Source of the DNA: Bdellovibrionota bacterium
GTDB taxonomy: Bacteria > Bdellovibrionota_G > JALEGL01 > DATDPG01
Direction: 5' to 3'
Assembly: GCA_963668355.1 (NCBI GenBank)
Contig: OY764265.1
Span: forward strand, 2,496,001 to 2,560,000
DNA: 64,000 nt
The notes beneath the pieces are model-generated. The model saw only the letters and a program-made list of their open reading frames with translations, was not told the origin of the DNA and searched no databases. The translations under genes were made by a program, and so were the position numbers. Shown piece after piece: positions 36,832 through 46,583 of this stretch; the stretch's first letter is position 1, and each line of letters begins with the position of its first letter.

Positions 36832-39165
36832 ATGAATACGAAAAGACAACAAAACCACGTTAACGGTGAGGCTAGGAAGGTGGCGATACGAAATCATCCC
36901 TTCACGGCAGTGCGATTTAGACATGAGAGGGACAATATCCCCAGAACCTGGAAGGGTACTCTGCCCGATCTCTTTGGACCAGAGCCGATGATCCGCACCC
37001 AAAAGTTGGGGTGCCCAGGTTTTTCATTTGCAAAGTATAGAGACGGTACCATTCGCGGAAATGATGATGTTCAAGCCATCACGGCCTTGGCTTTTGATCT
37101 TGACCACATCCCGAATGATGAGTTGGAAACTCTGAAAAGCAAACTTCAGGATCACGCATTTGGGATTTACACCTCTTTTAATCATCGCTTAGATGGGGAG
37201 GACGATAACCGTCTCAGGCTAATACTTCCGACAAGTCGGGAGATCCTTCCAGGGGAATATGACAGGATTTGGAGAAAAATAGGTCAATGGCTTAATGGCT
37301 GGGTTGATGGTCAAACAAGCGATATAGCCCGGCTGTTCTTTTTGCCTTCGTGCCCGTTCGAACGCAAGGATGAAGCATACATCGAGTACCATGATGGTTT
37401 CCTCTTTGATGTGGACGACGCTTTTGTGGACTCTGGAACCTCTCCCCCTGATGAAAGTCCAAGACCCGCCCAAAATGGCGGCGAGAAGGATGCGATTCCT
37501 CAAGGCCAACGCAACTCACGTCTAACCTCGATAGCTGGGAAATTGAGAAGTATGGGCGCGACCGAAGAGGAGCTTTCGATTGCATTGGATTCGAAGAATA
37601 TGGCTTTCTGTGATCCACCTCTCCCTCAAAAGGAGGTGGATCAAATTGTTAAATCTATAGCGAAATATCCAATCAATGGAAATCCGCTCGTTTCAGCTCC
37701 GTATTCAGATACGGGCAATGCTGATCGCCTTATTGAACATTCTGGCACTGATATTCGCTATGCCCCAAGTTGGGGATGGCTCATCTGGGACGGCACTCGT
37801 TGGAAACGAGATGATGCAAACCAGATCGTGGAAAAAGCCAAGGAAGCTATAAGAGCAACGATAGAGGCAGCTAGAGCGGTCACTGACGATCTATGGAGAG
37901 AGAACCTTAGAACTCATTGCCGCAAGAGCCTCAATAAGAGGCCTTTGGAGGCGATGGTTGATTTGGCCCGCAGTGATGCCAGAGTTCTTGTCACGCATGA
38001 CAAATTCAACAGCGATGCATTCTTGTTGAATTGTGTAAATGGAACGATTGATCTTAAGACTGGTCAGTTGCTGCCGCATAAACGGGACGACTTGATCACC
38101 AGGGTTAGCCGCATACCTTATGACCCATCTGCCTTCTCTCCAAAATGGGAAGTGTTTCTAGATCGGATCTTTGATGGAAACCAGAGATTGGTAGAATTCT
38201 GTCAACGTGCATTTGGCTACGCGCTGACGGGTTCTATCAGGGAACAAGTATTTTTCCTTCTCTATGGCACGGGCGCTAATGGCAAAAGCAAATACCTTCA
38301 GGCCCTACGCCATGTCTTAGGTGATTATGCCGTAAGTGCGGCCATCAAGACCTTCTTACGGCAACATAATGATAACATTCGTAACGATCTGGCCAGACTG
38401 GATGGACCGCGAGTTGTTTGTGCTTCAGAGCCCGAAGCAGGTCAGCAGCTGGATGAATCTCTCGTAAAGCAGTTAACCGGCGAAGATGAGATTACGGCCA
38501 GATTTCTTCACAAAGAGCATTTTGATTTCTTGCCGCGGTTCAAGTTGCATATTGCAGCCAATCATCAACCGAATATCCGTGGCACCAATAACGGCATATG
38601 GCGGAGAGTTCATCTCATACCGTTCACGGTCACAATTCCAGAATCTGAGCAAAATAAGGATCTGTTTGAGGATCTGCAAAGCGAAGCGGCTGGGATACTA
38701 AACTGGGGTGTCAAAGGCTGCTTGGAATACCTCAAAAAAGGTCTATGCCCCCCATCTGAAGTTCAGCTTGCCACTGAAGATTACCGAAATGAGATGGATG
38801 TGCTCAGTGATTTTATACTCAGCAAATGCACCACTGGACCTGATGTGGAGGTGTCTGCCACCGCCCTCTTTGATGCGTATCTTAAATGGTGCGACGAGCA
38901 GAAACAGAAGGCGGTTTCTAGGAAAAGTTTTGTGCAAATGCTGCGCGAAAGAGGTTTGGAGCACAAACGTGGCAGCGGTGGCCGCTACGTCTGGAAACGG
39001 ATCACACTTCTTGATGACATTAGGCTTTCATCTCCAGTGAACAGTGAAGCGAATGGAACCGAAAATGAGGATTCAGATACAAATAAATCTGTAGGTAAAA
39101 CATCGGACGACGGTTCACTTCATTCACAGACCAGCCAAACGGCAGAGTCAAAGAAGGGGATCTGA
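36832..39165 (+). CDS. P4-family primase-helicase (prim-pol, PriCT-1, D5_N, SF3 helicase)
   Basis: AFDLD, YTSFNH, GQRNSRL, DTGNADRL, GTGANGKS, KQLTGED and WRRVHLIPF motifs. Confidence 0.93.
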   Translation: MNTKRQQNHVNGEARKVAIRNHPFTAVRFRHERDNIPRTWKGTLPDLFGPEPMIRTQKLGCPGFSFAKYRDGTIRGNDDVQAITALAFDLDHIPNDELETLKSKLQDHAFGIYTSFNHRLDGEDDNRLRLILPTSREILPGEYDRIWRKIGQWLNGWVDGQTSDIARLFFLPSCPFERKDEAYIEYHDGFLFDVDDAFVDSGTSPPDESPRPAQNGGEKDAIPQGQRNSRLTSIAGKLRSMGATEEELSIALDSKNMAFCDPPLPQKEVDQIVKSIAKYPINGNPLVSAPYSDTGNADRLIEHSGTDIRYAPSWGWLIWDGTRWKRDDANQIVEKAKEAIRATIEAARAVTDDLWRENLRTHCRKSLNKRPLEAMVDLARSDARVLVTHDKFNSDAFLLNCVNGTIDLKTGQLLPHKRDDLITRVSRIPYDPSAFSPKWEVFLDRIFDGNQRLVEFCQRAFGYALTGSIREQVFFLLYGTGANGKSKYLQALRHVLGDYAVSAAIKTFLRQHNDNIRNDLARLDGPRVVCASEPEAGQQLDESLVKQLTGEDEITARFLHKEHFDFLPRFKLHIAANHQPNIRGTNNGIWRRVHLIPFTVTIPESEQNKDLFEDLQSEAAGILNWGVKGCLEYLKKGLCPPSEVQLATEDYRNEMDVLSDFILSKCTTGPDVEVSATALFDAYLKWCDEQKQKAVSRKSFVQMLRERGLEHKRGSGGRYVWKRITLLDDIRLSSPVNSEANGTENEDSDTNKSVGKTSDDGSLHSQTSQTAESKKGI

Positions 39166-39395
39166 TGTCCTTCTATGAAAGAAGTGGTTCTTCTCTACCT
39201 CATGGGATCAGTGCCAAACCTGAGCTACAAACTGAGCGGTCGAGTATCGAACCAGAGAGAAAATTCGACTATAGCTTCTGGGAAAAGCAGTACAATCGAA
39301 AGTTAAGTGATGTGGAGAAGATTGAAATTGAATCAAACATCAAGGCCCTCCTGGGTTTGCTTAAAGCGGAATATGAACGCAGGAGGGGAGCGTAG
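39165..39395 (+). CDS. Small protein coupled to the integrase (candidate directionality factor)
   Basis: Overlaps the primase stop; ends 3 nt before the integrase ATG. Confidence 0.6.
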   Translation: MSFYERSGSSLPHGISAKPELQTERSSIEPERKFDYSFWEKQYNRKLSDVEKIEIESNIKALLGLLKAEYERRRGA

Positions 39396-39398
39396 ATC

Positions 39399-41069
39399 AT
39401 GGGTGTGAGGGAAATATCAAAATTCAATGATCTTTCTGATTCCTCATTGCGCAAACGCCATCTTGATCAAAATTTTATACCTGAAACCAATCTTGCGGTT
39501 GGCATGGGTCGTGTAAGCGTGAAGAAGAACAAAGATCGGGGCCAGTCTGATGTGGCACAGATTGAAACCATTGAAAATTACGCTGATACTGAGGACCTTG
39601 AATTGGTGAAAACGTGGGACGTGGCGGAGAGCGCTTCAAAACACGACAGACGAAAGCACTTCAATGAGATGATCGGTTATGTGAAGAACCATCCACAGAT
39701 CAAGCACATAATCTTCAGCCACCAATCGAGGTCGAATCGAAATAGAGAATCGGCGCGTGAAATTGAGGTGCTGATCAAGCATTATGGCGTGACCCTTCAC
39801 TGTGCCAGAGATAGATTGCAGCTTAACGCTCAATCTCCCCTGGAGGATTGGCTAAGATGGGATCTATTTAACAACTTGAATGAGAAGTTCATTAAGGATC
39901 ACACGAGGAATGTCATGGATGGCGTGATTAAACGGATTGAGGTGGGCTTGTTTCCTGGGAAAGCCCCGTTTGGGTATCGCAATAAGCGGCTGGAGCGGCA
40001 CGATAAACTGAGCGTGTTTATATGTCACACAGAAGAAGCCGCGTACATGAAGCGAGCTTTTGAGCTATTTGCCACTGGCAGATACTCAGAAAGGGCACTG
40101 GAGATTGAATTAGCGGGTTTATTTCCACAAGTTCACCGACGACCTACAGCAAAGCGGTTTAGTCAACTGCTACGAAATCCATTTTACTATGGCGATTTTG
40201 ACTATGCAGAGGTCCGTTATCACGGCAACCCTGAATATCATCCGAGGTTGATCTCAAAAGAGCTGTGGGAGAAGGTACAAGAGATCCTCATGGACCCCAG
40301 AAGAAGCCGCCGTAAAGTGACCAAGCGTAATCATCCGTATATCGGGCTTATCAAGTGCGGGGGCCGCATCTTGGACTCTGATGGTAATGAAACCGATGAA
40401 GTGTGTGGCTGCTCCATAACAGGCGAGGAAAAGCGTAAAAAGCTCGCAGATGGGTCAATCAAGAAATTCTACTATTGGCACTGCACGTCCATACGGCCAT
40501 GCTCACAGCGAAATAAAAGCTATATGGCGGCTCAAGATCGTAAAAAGATCAACTATGCTGAGGAAGAGATCGAGGTCTTGTTTGAGGAGGTCTTCAAGCC
40601 CCTCAACTTCTCACAAGAAGTTTGCGATTGGATGCAGCAGGTCTTGCTTAAGGAGCATGAAGAGAAGAGCCAGGGCCATAAACAGCAGTTAGCGGCTCTA
40701 CGGAGGCGCTTTGAGATGCTGGACCACTACATGAACAAATCCTACGAAGATAAATTGAACGGACTTCTTGATGAGGCTGACTGGAAACAAAAGCATGACC
40801 GTTGGAAGGACGAGCAAGCCCAAATCCAAGATCAGATCAACGGTTTGACTGGGGAGAAGGACGAGTACATCCAAAAAGGGGTGCAAGTCATCGAACTGGT
40901 TCAACACTTTGAAAGCATTTACAAAAACGCTACGCCTGAGAAAAAGCGTAAACTGGTTGAGATCGTGTCATCGAACCACGTCTTGCGAAACGGAAGCCTT
41001 GAATTTGATTACCGAAAACCCTTCGACATCCTTGTCGAATCGGGTGGAAAAGAGAAATGGTGGAGCTGA
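39399..41069 (+). CDS. Large serine recombinase (integrase)
   Basis: GRVS catalytic Ser, [19 protein letters not shown], zinc ribbon, coiled coil; stop codon lies within the tRNA-Ala sequence. Confidence 0.95.
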   Translation: MGVREISKFNDLSDSSLRKRHLDQNFIPETNLAVGMGRVSVKKNKDRGQSDVAQIETIENYADTEDLELVKTWDVAESASKHDRRKHFNEMIGYVKNHPQIKHIIFSHQSRSNRNRESAREIEVLIKHYGVTLHCARDRLQLNAQSPLEDWLRWDLFNNLNEKFIKDHTRNVMDGVIKRIEVGLFPGKAPFGYRNKRLERHDKLSVFICHTEEAAYMKRAFELFATGRYSERALEIELAGLFPQVHRRPTAKRFSQLLRNPFYYGDFDYAEVRYHGNPEYHPRLISKELWEKVQEILMDPRRSRRKVTKRNHPYIGLIKCGGRILDSDGNETDEVCGCSITGEEKRKKLADGSIKKFYYWHCTSIRPCSQRNKSYMAAQDRKKINYAEEEIEVLFEEVFKPLNFSQEVCDWMQQVLLKEHEEKSQGHKQQLAALRRRFEMLDHYMNKSYEDKLNGLLDEADWKQKHDRWKDEQAQIQDQINGLTGEKDEYIQKGVQVIELVQHFESIYKNATPEKKRKLVEIVSSNHVLRNGSLEFDYRKPFDILVESGGKEKWWS

Positions 41070-41133
41070 GCGGGATCGAACCGCCGACCTCATCGTTGCG
41101 AACGATGCGCTCTCCCAACTGAGCTACAGCCCC
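41058..41133 (-). tRNA. tRNA-Ala(CGC)
   Basis: GGGGCTG...CAGCTCCACCA cloverleaf with G3-U70; anticodon loop TTCGCAA. Confidence 0.97.
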
Positions 41134-41435
41134 AAAACATGAAGTTGGAGGGGCGTTTATCAAAATGAAATCGTTTAGGCAATTGCGTTTGCAAAAGCAG
41201 CTGTAGCGAAGTATCCATATGGCGAAGGTCTCACTTGGTTAGCCTGAGCCATGGGGGGATGATGAAGGGGCGGAGCCGCACATTCCGATTAGGCGGAGCC
41301 CCTTGATTTCAGATCGTCCTACAGCCCCAAAACATGAAGTTGGAGGGGCGTTTATCAAAATGAAATCGTTTAGGCAATTGCGTTCGCAAAAGCAGCTGTA
41401 GCGAAGTATCCATATGGCGAAGGTCTCACTTGGTT
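41124..41435. repeat. 117-bp direct repeat (41124-41240 and 41319-41435) covering the tRNA-Ala 5' end and upstream region
   Basis: One mismatch; period 195 bp. Confidence 0.9.
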
Positions 41436-41596
41436 CACGTGCTCTCGCACGTAGACCCTTTGGGTGAGAGCTCGTCCACTCATTTCATGGGTACCCGGCC
41501 AAGCTCTGTTTATTTCGCGTAGTTTTTTCGACCTGCTTCGCAGGGCCTAAAACTGAGGGGTTAGCCTGAGCCATGGGGGGATAGGAAGGGAATCAG

Positions 41597-42355
41597 TTAA
41601 GTCGGTCGAACGGGTGTTTCGGAGAATTGGTGTTTATAGTCTTGATATTGATCCAATACGCGGTCCACATATTCGATGGTTTCCGAAGCTTTGCAGTACC
41701 CGAATCGAGACTCCTCGTAATATTTCTTCTTTTGAAGGAGGGCCAACGTCCGTTTGACATGTTTCCAACGATGGGGATTCAAGCCTTTTCGGATGGCTAA
41801 ACGTTGCGCGTCCCTCACATGGCCTAAACCTGCATTATAAGCTGCCAACGACAGCTTCAGTTTGTCTTCAAATGTGGCTCCGATGAGCAGATGAAAGGTC
41901 TTGGAAAAATGATTGACCCCGGCCCGAATATTTTCTTCTGGGTGTAGAGCCGCCTCAACGCCTTGCTCTTCGGCCACGACGGGCATGATTTGCATGAGAC
42001 CTTGGGCTCCTTGAGGGCTAATGGCATGACGCCGGAAAGATGATTCCGCGTGAATCATGGAAGCCACCAAGCGCCAGTCCACATTGTTCTCATGGGCATG
42101 TCGCTGGATGATTTCGTCATACCGACTGAGTCGAGGGGGTTCATGAACTCGAAGGAAGATGTGATTGACCAGCTCTCTTTTGTTTTCATAACGCAAAGGT
42201 GCTTCGCACAAATTGGGGGTCACCACGATTGTGATTGCGATTGCGATAAGACCTAGGCCGTCAATCAATCGGTCTAGTATGGGCGTTTGTTTCTGCATAC
42301 TACCTGCCTGAAGCGGCGGCCACTTATCAAGGCTATGGGGGCTAGTCAATGGCAT
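41597..42355 (-). CDS. Lytic transglycosylase, MltF-like SLT domain
   Basis: AESSF, GAQGLMQIMP, AAYNAGLGHV and ETIEYV motifs. Confidence 0.92.
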   Translation of the reverse strand: MPLTSPHSLDKWPPLQAGSMQKQTPILDRLIDGLGLIAIAITIVVTPNLCEAPLRYENKRELVNHIFLRVHEPPRLSRYDEIIQRHAHENNVDWRLVASMIHAESSFRRHAISPQGAQGLMQIMPVVAEEQGVEAALHPEENIRAGVNHFSKTFHLLIGATFEDKLKLSLAAYNAGLGHVRDAQRLAIRKGLNPHRWKHVKRTLALLQKKKYYEESRFGYCKASETIEYVDRVLDQYQDYKHQFSETPVRPT

Positions 42356-42452
42356 TTCTTATTTTTTTGTTTACGCGAAGGTCATGCCAAGTCGGAGATT
42401 TTACTTTTTTTTGTTTGTTTTTAAGCGTTTATAGATTTGATCCCAGGCTCGG

Positions 42453-43427
42453 ATGCATTACAATCGACTGAGCAAGGGACGGCCGAACCTCGTTGTTTGG
42501 TCTTCAGTGATCATGGATTCTTTTGTTATTTCAATTCGTTATTTTGTTTTTGAGAAGGTGGGGCGTGCGTTACCCGCAAGGTCAGTTTTCCTACTGTGGG
42601 GTTTGATTTTCGGTCTTCTGTTTTATCCGTTGGAAACCCACGCAAAAACATCCAAATATCGAAAAGCCCGAAGGCCCATTCCGGCACAAACGAGTGGTCA
42701 AGCGCGATTGAGAAGCTTGCCCTCCACCAAAGGACGAATTCTTACGTTGCTTCCGGGAGGAACTTCTCTAATTGTCAGAGGGGTCAAGGGGGGGTGGTTT
42801 CAAACGGAAGCCGCCTGGAAAGGAAAACAATATTCAGGCTGGATTTATCGGTCTCGGGTCAAACTTATTAAGTCCAAGGTTAGAAGAAGCCGAAAGGCGA
42901 CTTCTCCGCAAACTTCTTCCAATGCACCTTCTTCCTCTCCACCTAATATGAAATCTGAGAGGAGTCCCCAGCCTCGTTTGAAAATTTCACGTCCATTTCG
43001 GTTGGGCGTTTGGGGAGGCCTGAGTCGAAAGGTTCGAGGTCTCGACGATCACTTTCATGTGGGTACCGATTTGATGTGGGGATTTGGAAGTGGCGTATCG
43101 TTGGGGACGACAGTGGAAACGGGGTTTCATAATTTGTTTTTAGTGGCCATGACTCCTTCGGCGAAAGCTCGTTTTCCTTGGCCGATTCTGGGGCCGGTTC
43201 GCGTATATGCATTGGGAGGTTTCCCCATTTATTATCTTTCTGAATCCGGAAATAAAGATTTGCTCATGGGGCTTCGTGCAGGTTTGGAGTTAGATTATTC
43301 GTTGGGCGCGATGATGAGCCGGAATACGAGGTTTTTTGCTCGGGTGTGGAGCGATTTCATTGTTTTGGGTGAGGACAGGGTATCCATTCCCTTGATGGGT
43401 GTGTTGGGCCTTTCGTTTCGTTTTTAA
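42453..43427 (+). CDS. SH3-domain protein with a C-terminal outer-membrane beta-barrel-like domain
   Basis: RLRSLPST...GW...SGWI SH3b pattern; terminal LSFRF. Confidence 0.7.
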   Translation: MHYNRLSKGRPNLVVWSSVIMDSFVISIRYFVFEKVGRALPARSVFLLWGLIFGLLFYPLETHAKTSKYRKARRPIPAQTSGQARLRSLPSTKGRILTLLPGGTSLIVRGVKGGWFQTEAAWKGKQYSGWIYRSRVKLIKSKVRRSRKATSPQTSSNAPSSSPPNMKSERSPQPRLKISRPFRLGVWGGLSRKVRGLDDHFHVGTDLMWGFGSGVSLGTTVETGFHNLFLVAMTPSAKARFPWPILGPVRVYALGGFPIYYLSESGNKDLLMGLRAGLELDYSLGAMMSRNTRFFARVWSDFIVLGEDRVSIPLMGVLGLSFRF

Positions 43428-43477
43428 AAGGTGGCGAAGAAAATCGTTTTTGTATATTAGAGCGCCTCATTCTCGGG

Positions 43478-43553
<76 letters not shown>

Positions 43554-43555
43554 TA

Positions 43556-43845
43556 TTAATTAGGGGGACTCGCTTAAAAGGAAAGGCGCTCGCTCCCCTA
43601 ATGACCCCCTCGCATTCGGCGGAGTGAATCCGCCTCACACTCGATCCTACGTAATTTAATTAGGGGGACTCGCTTAAATTGAAGGGCGCTCGCTCCCCTA
43701 ATGACCCCCTCGCATTCGGCGGAGTGAATCCGCCTCACACTCGATCCTACGTAATTTAATTAGGGGGACTCGCTTAAATTGAAGGGCGCTCGCTCCCCTA
43801 ATGACCCCCTCGCGTTCGGCGGAGTGAATCCGCCTCACACTCGAT
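43556..43845. repeat. Tandem repeat, 3 x 100 bp, immediately 3' of tRNA-Thr
   Basis: TAGGGGGACT at 43561, 43661 and 43761; near-identical units. Confidence 0.95.
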
Positions 43846-43941
43846 TTAAGTGGTGGAGAAAAGTTTGCGAGAGTTGCTGAAAACTCACTCATATTCATTG
43901 GGGGAGAGATAAAAAACTCAATAAAACCAAGTGAATGGCCC

Positions 43942-43957
43942 TGGCACACGGATTGCT
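43942..43957 (+). promoter_or_regulatory. Sigma-54 promoter
   Basis: TGGCACACGGATTGCT, near-perfect consensus. Confidence 0.75.
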
Positions 43958-43983
43958 GTCTATGAAAGGTTGTGAGGTGTCAG

Positions 43984-45900
43984 ATGCATACAAAAACGAC
44001 CTTGGGTTTGCTTGGACTCTTTTCTTTTGTGCTAATTTCGGCTTGTTCCAGCACTGGAACGGGGGGCGGAGGCATTGACCGAGAGTCTAGAATCAGTGCG
44101 GATCGGTCCACGATTTTTGTGGAACCCACCAATGATGTTCCGGCCGATGGCGTGTCCATGGCCCGGATTTCGGTTCGAGTTTTGGATGAAGACGGTCATG
44201 GGATTCCAAATCTAAATGTGCATCTGTCGGTTTCCGGAAGTGGAAATGCGCTGACTCAACCCACGGGTCCGACTGATCTGGACGGCTTGGCTCAAGGAAC
44301 ATTGACATCCACAATTCCTGAAACGAAAGAAATTACGGCGAAAGTTGTATTGAGCACGAGAGAAATTCCGCTTTCTGACTCGTACACCTTGGATTTTGTT
44401 CATAGTTTTGAAGGAAACCTCAGCACGATTACGGCTTTTCCGCAGCGCGGGCTTTTGCCAAATGGTGTTGATTCTTCGACGATCACGGTGATTTTGAAAG
44501 GGGCGGGCGGCTCTCCAATGGTAGGTACGGAAGTGTTTTTCTCGGCTTCCGGTGAAGGTAACATCCTCACCTCTTCTGCGATCACAGATTCCAGCGGTGC
44601 CGCCCACTCCCAGCTTCGGTCGTCTGTGGCCGGTGAAAAAGTTGTGACCATCACGATTCAATTGAACGGCCAATTGATTGAACATCCGATTCAACCGGCG
44701 ATCCGTTTCGGTTTGTTTCAAGAACCCATCACGATGACGGAAAACTCGGCCTCCTCCAATGCCATCCAATTTGGTGACTTCAATGAAGATGGACATCCCG
44801 ATCTCATTTCCATTTCGGGTTCTTTTCCGGATTTCTATCTCTATTTGAATGATGGGGAGGGAAATTTTGATGACGAGGAAAAAATTCAAGTGGTGGTTGA
44901 ATCCGGAGAAATGACGGCTTTTGATACCGGCGACTTAAACCAAGACGGTCACTTGGATGTCGTCCTCTTAAATTCACATTTGGACTCGGGATACTTCTTA
45001 TTGGGAAATGGAGATGGAACGTTTGGCGAAACTCAGCTTCTTCCCATTTCGGTCGGAGAATTTGAGTATTTCCGAAGCGTCACCATTGGAAGTTATATGG
45101 AAGAAGACGTAGCCAAAAAATTCATCGCGGTATTGACGGAGGTTAGCGGGGAAAGCGCAGATAAGGTTCGCGTTCTGCGAATTGATCCCGAAAACGGAAA
45201 TTTTGAAGAGGTCGATGAATATTCCTTTAACTATGGCCAGAATCTTGGAAGCCCTCGCCACATACTGGCGGAGGATATGGACCAAGATGGACAGGAAGAT
45301 CTGCTTGTGGCCAATTCCACGAGCTTGGTTGATCCTGGTGAGATTCTCTTTTTTAAACATAATCCGAACGCTGCTGGAAAATTTTGGACACCGATGTCTT
45401 TGGAAACGGGGCATACCCCACGTTGGATCGCCGTGGGAGATTTGAATGGCGATGGTTTTAAAGACATTGTGGCGGCCAATGCGAACTCTTCTCAAAGTGG
45501 TCCAGGGGGGCAGCTTTGGGATGTGTCTGTGATTTTAGGCGACGGCCTTTGGTGGAGCGACTTGTACTATCCTTCTAAAAAATTTCTGGTGGATGGTGTG
45601 CTCCCGAGAACGGTTGATATTTTGGATGTGAACAGCGACGGAAAACAGGATGTCGTGGCTTCTTCCGTAAGAGCTTCCTCGTCGGATGATGCCCGAGGTT
45701 TGATCACCATCTTGTTCGGAGACGACCAATGGTTGGATGAAGATGAAATTAACCGAACTTCAATCATTCCGCCGGTGAGCGAAAATTACTACCCGGATGC
45801 AGGTGTGGTCATTGGAGGCGACGTCAATGGAGATCAAATTCCGGATTTGGCTCTGAGTTACCCCTATAAGGCAAATTTTGCGATTCTTCGGGGTTGGTAG
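43984..45900 (+). CDS. Lipoprotein with two Big-1 (invasin-type Ig) domains and FG-GAP/VCBS repeats
   Basis: ISAC lipobox; ADG...TD..G.A Ig pattern twice; multiple GDxNxDGxxD repeats. Confidence 0.88.
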   Translation: MHTKTTLGLLGLFSFVLISACSSTGTGGGGIDRESRISADRSTIFVEPTNDVPADGVSMARISVRVLDEDGHGIPNLNVHLSVSGSGNALTQPTGPTDLDGLAQGTLTSTIPETKEITAKVVLSTREIPLSDSYTLDFVHSFEGNLSTITAFPQRGLLPNGVDSSTITVILKGAGGSPMVGTEVFFSASGEGNILTSSAITDSSGAAHSQLRSSVAGEKVVTITIQLNGQLIEHPIQPAIRFGLFQEPITMTENSASSNAIQFGDFNEDGHPDLISISGSFPDFYLYLNDGEGNFDDEEKIQVVVESGEMTAFDTGDLNQDGHLDVVLLNSHLDSGYFLLGNGDGTFGETQLLPISVGEFEYFRSVTIGSYMEEDVAKKFIAVLTEVSGESADKVRVLRIDPENGNFEEVDEYSFNYGQNLGSPRHILAEDMDQDGQEDLLVANSTSLVDPGEILFFKHNPNAAGKFWTPMSLETGHTPRWIAVGDLNGDGFKDIVAANANSSQSGPGGQLWDVSVILGDGLWWSDLYYPSKKFLVDGVLPRTVDILDVNSDGKQDVVASSVRASSSDDARGLITILFGDDQWLDEDEINRTSIIPPVSENYYPDAGVVIGGDVNGDQIPDLALSYPYKANFAILRGW

Positions 45901-45993
45901 CTTTTTTAAGGCCGACCAAAACGCATCGCGTTAATTGGGGCCTTGGCGTTTGAAAATTAAATGTTTTTCCCTGTATAATGATGAAGCCGTTCC

Positions 45994-46554
45994 ATGAGAA
46001 AAAGATCCTACAGTTTGTTGCTCGCCTCGATGCTTTTGTTGATGGCCTGTGGTTCCGAACCGCAAGAAGGCTATGCTCAGCTTGACACATCCTTGGCCGA
46101 CCAATTTTCGGAAGCCGTTTGGTATGCCGAGCTAGGTGAGGACCTCTCCTTTGCTTCTAGGGGAGACGGGGTTCGAGCCGAAGATGGAGCCTTTCATGCG
46201 AATTCAATTTGGCTCACGACGCCTCAGGATGGTTCTACCTATATTAATGGGGTCTTTTATGTGGACGTCCCGGACGAAGAAAGTGCGGTCTTTTATAGCT
46301 CGGTGGGCTTTCCCGAATCCATGGCGGGTGACGAGGCTGTTTCCTTCCAACTCCTGGTCCAAGAAGAGGACCAATTTCCGTCCTTGGCGCGAATTGAGGG
46401 GGCTGCAGACGGTCATCTAGACGAATTGCAGGCCGACTTGTCCGCATATCGAGGCCGGAGCGTGGTTTTGATTCTCGCCAGTTCTTGGGAATCCTCCACG
46501 GCTCCCTCCGATTTATTGTGGGTCAACCCGACCATCTCAAACTCCTTGAGATAA
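45994..46554 (+). CDS. Hypothetical lipoprotein, NPCBM-like beta-sandwich
   Basis: LMAC lipobox; FHAN...VGF...ADLSAYRG...WVNP pattern. Confidence 0.6.
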   Translation: MRKRSYSLLLASMLLLMACGSEPQEGYAQLDTSLADQFSEAVWYAELGEDLSFASRGDGVRAEDGAFHANSIWLTTPQDGSTYINGVFYVDVPDEESAVFYSSVGFPESMAGDEAVSFQLLVQEEDQFPSLARIEGAADGHLDELQADLSAYRGRSVVLILASSWESSTAPSDLLWVNPTISNSLR

Positions 46555-46583
46555 GCGCCAGTTTTGTATAGTTTCCCCGCCCT

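Larger units (their letters stand above)
33677..41064. mobile_element. 7.4-kb integrative satellite-like element at the tRNA-Ala 3' end
   Basis: TGGTGGA core at 33677-33683 and 41058-41064; encodes a primase-helicase and a large serine recombinase; no structural or conjugation genes seen. Confidence 0.85.

Noticed and set aside
33677..41064. Complete prophage or ICE
   Set aside because: No capsid, portal, large terminase, tail, relaxase or T4SS genes recognised.
40909..41163. 77-aa ORFs on both strands over the integrase end
   Set aside because: Shadow frames across tRNA-Ala and the integrase.
43698..43949. 83-aa ORF
   Set aside because: Derived largely from the tandem repeat; no protein-like features.
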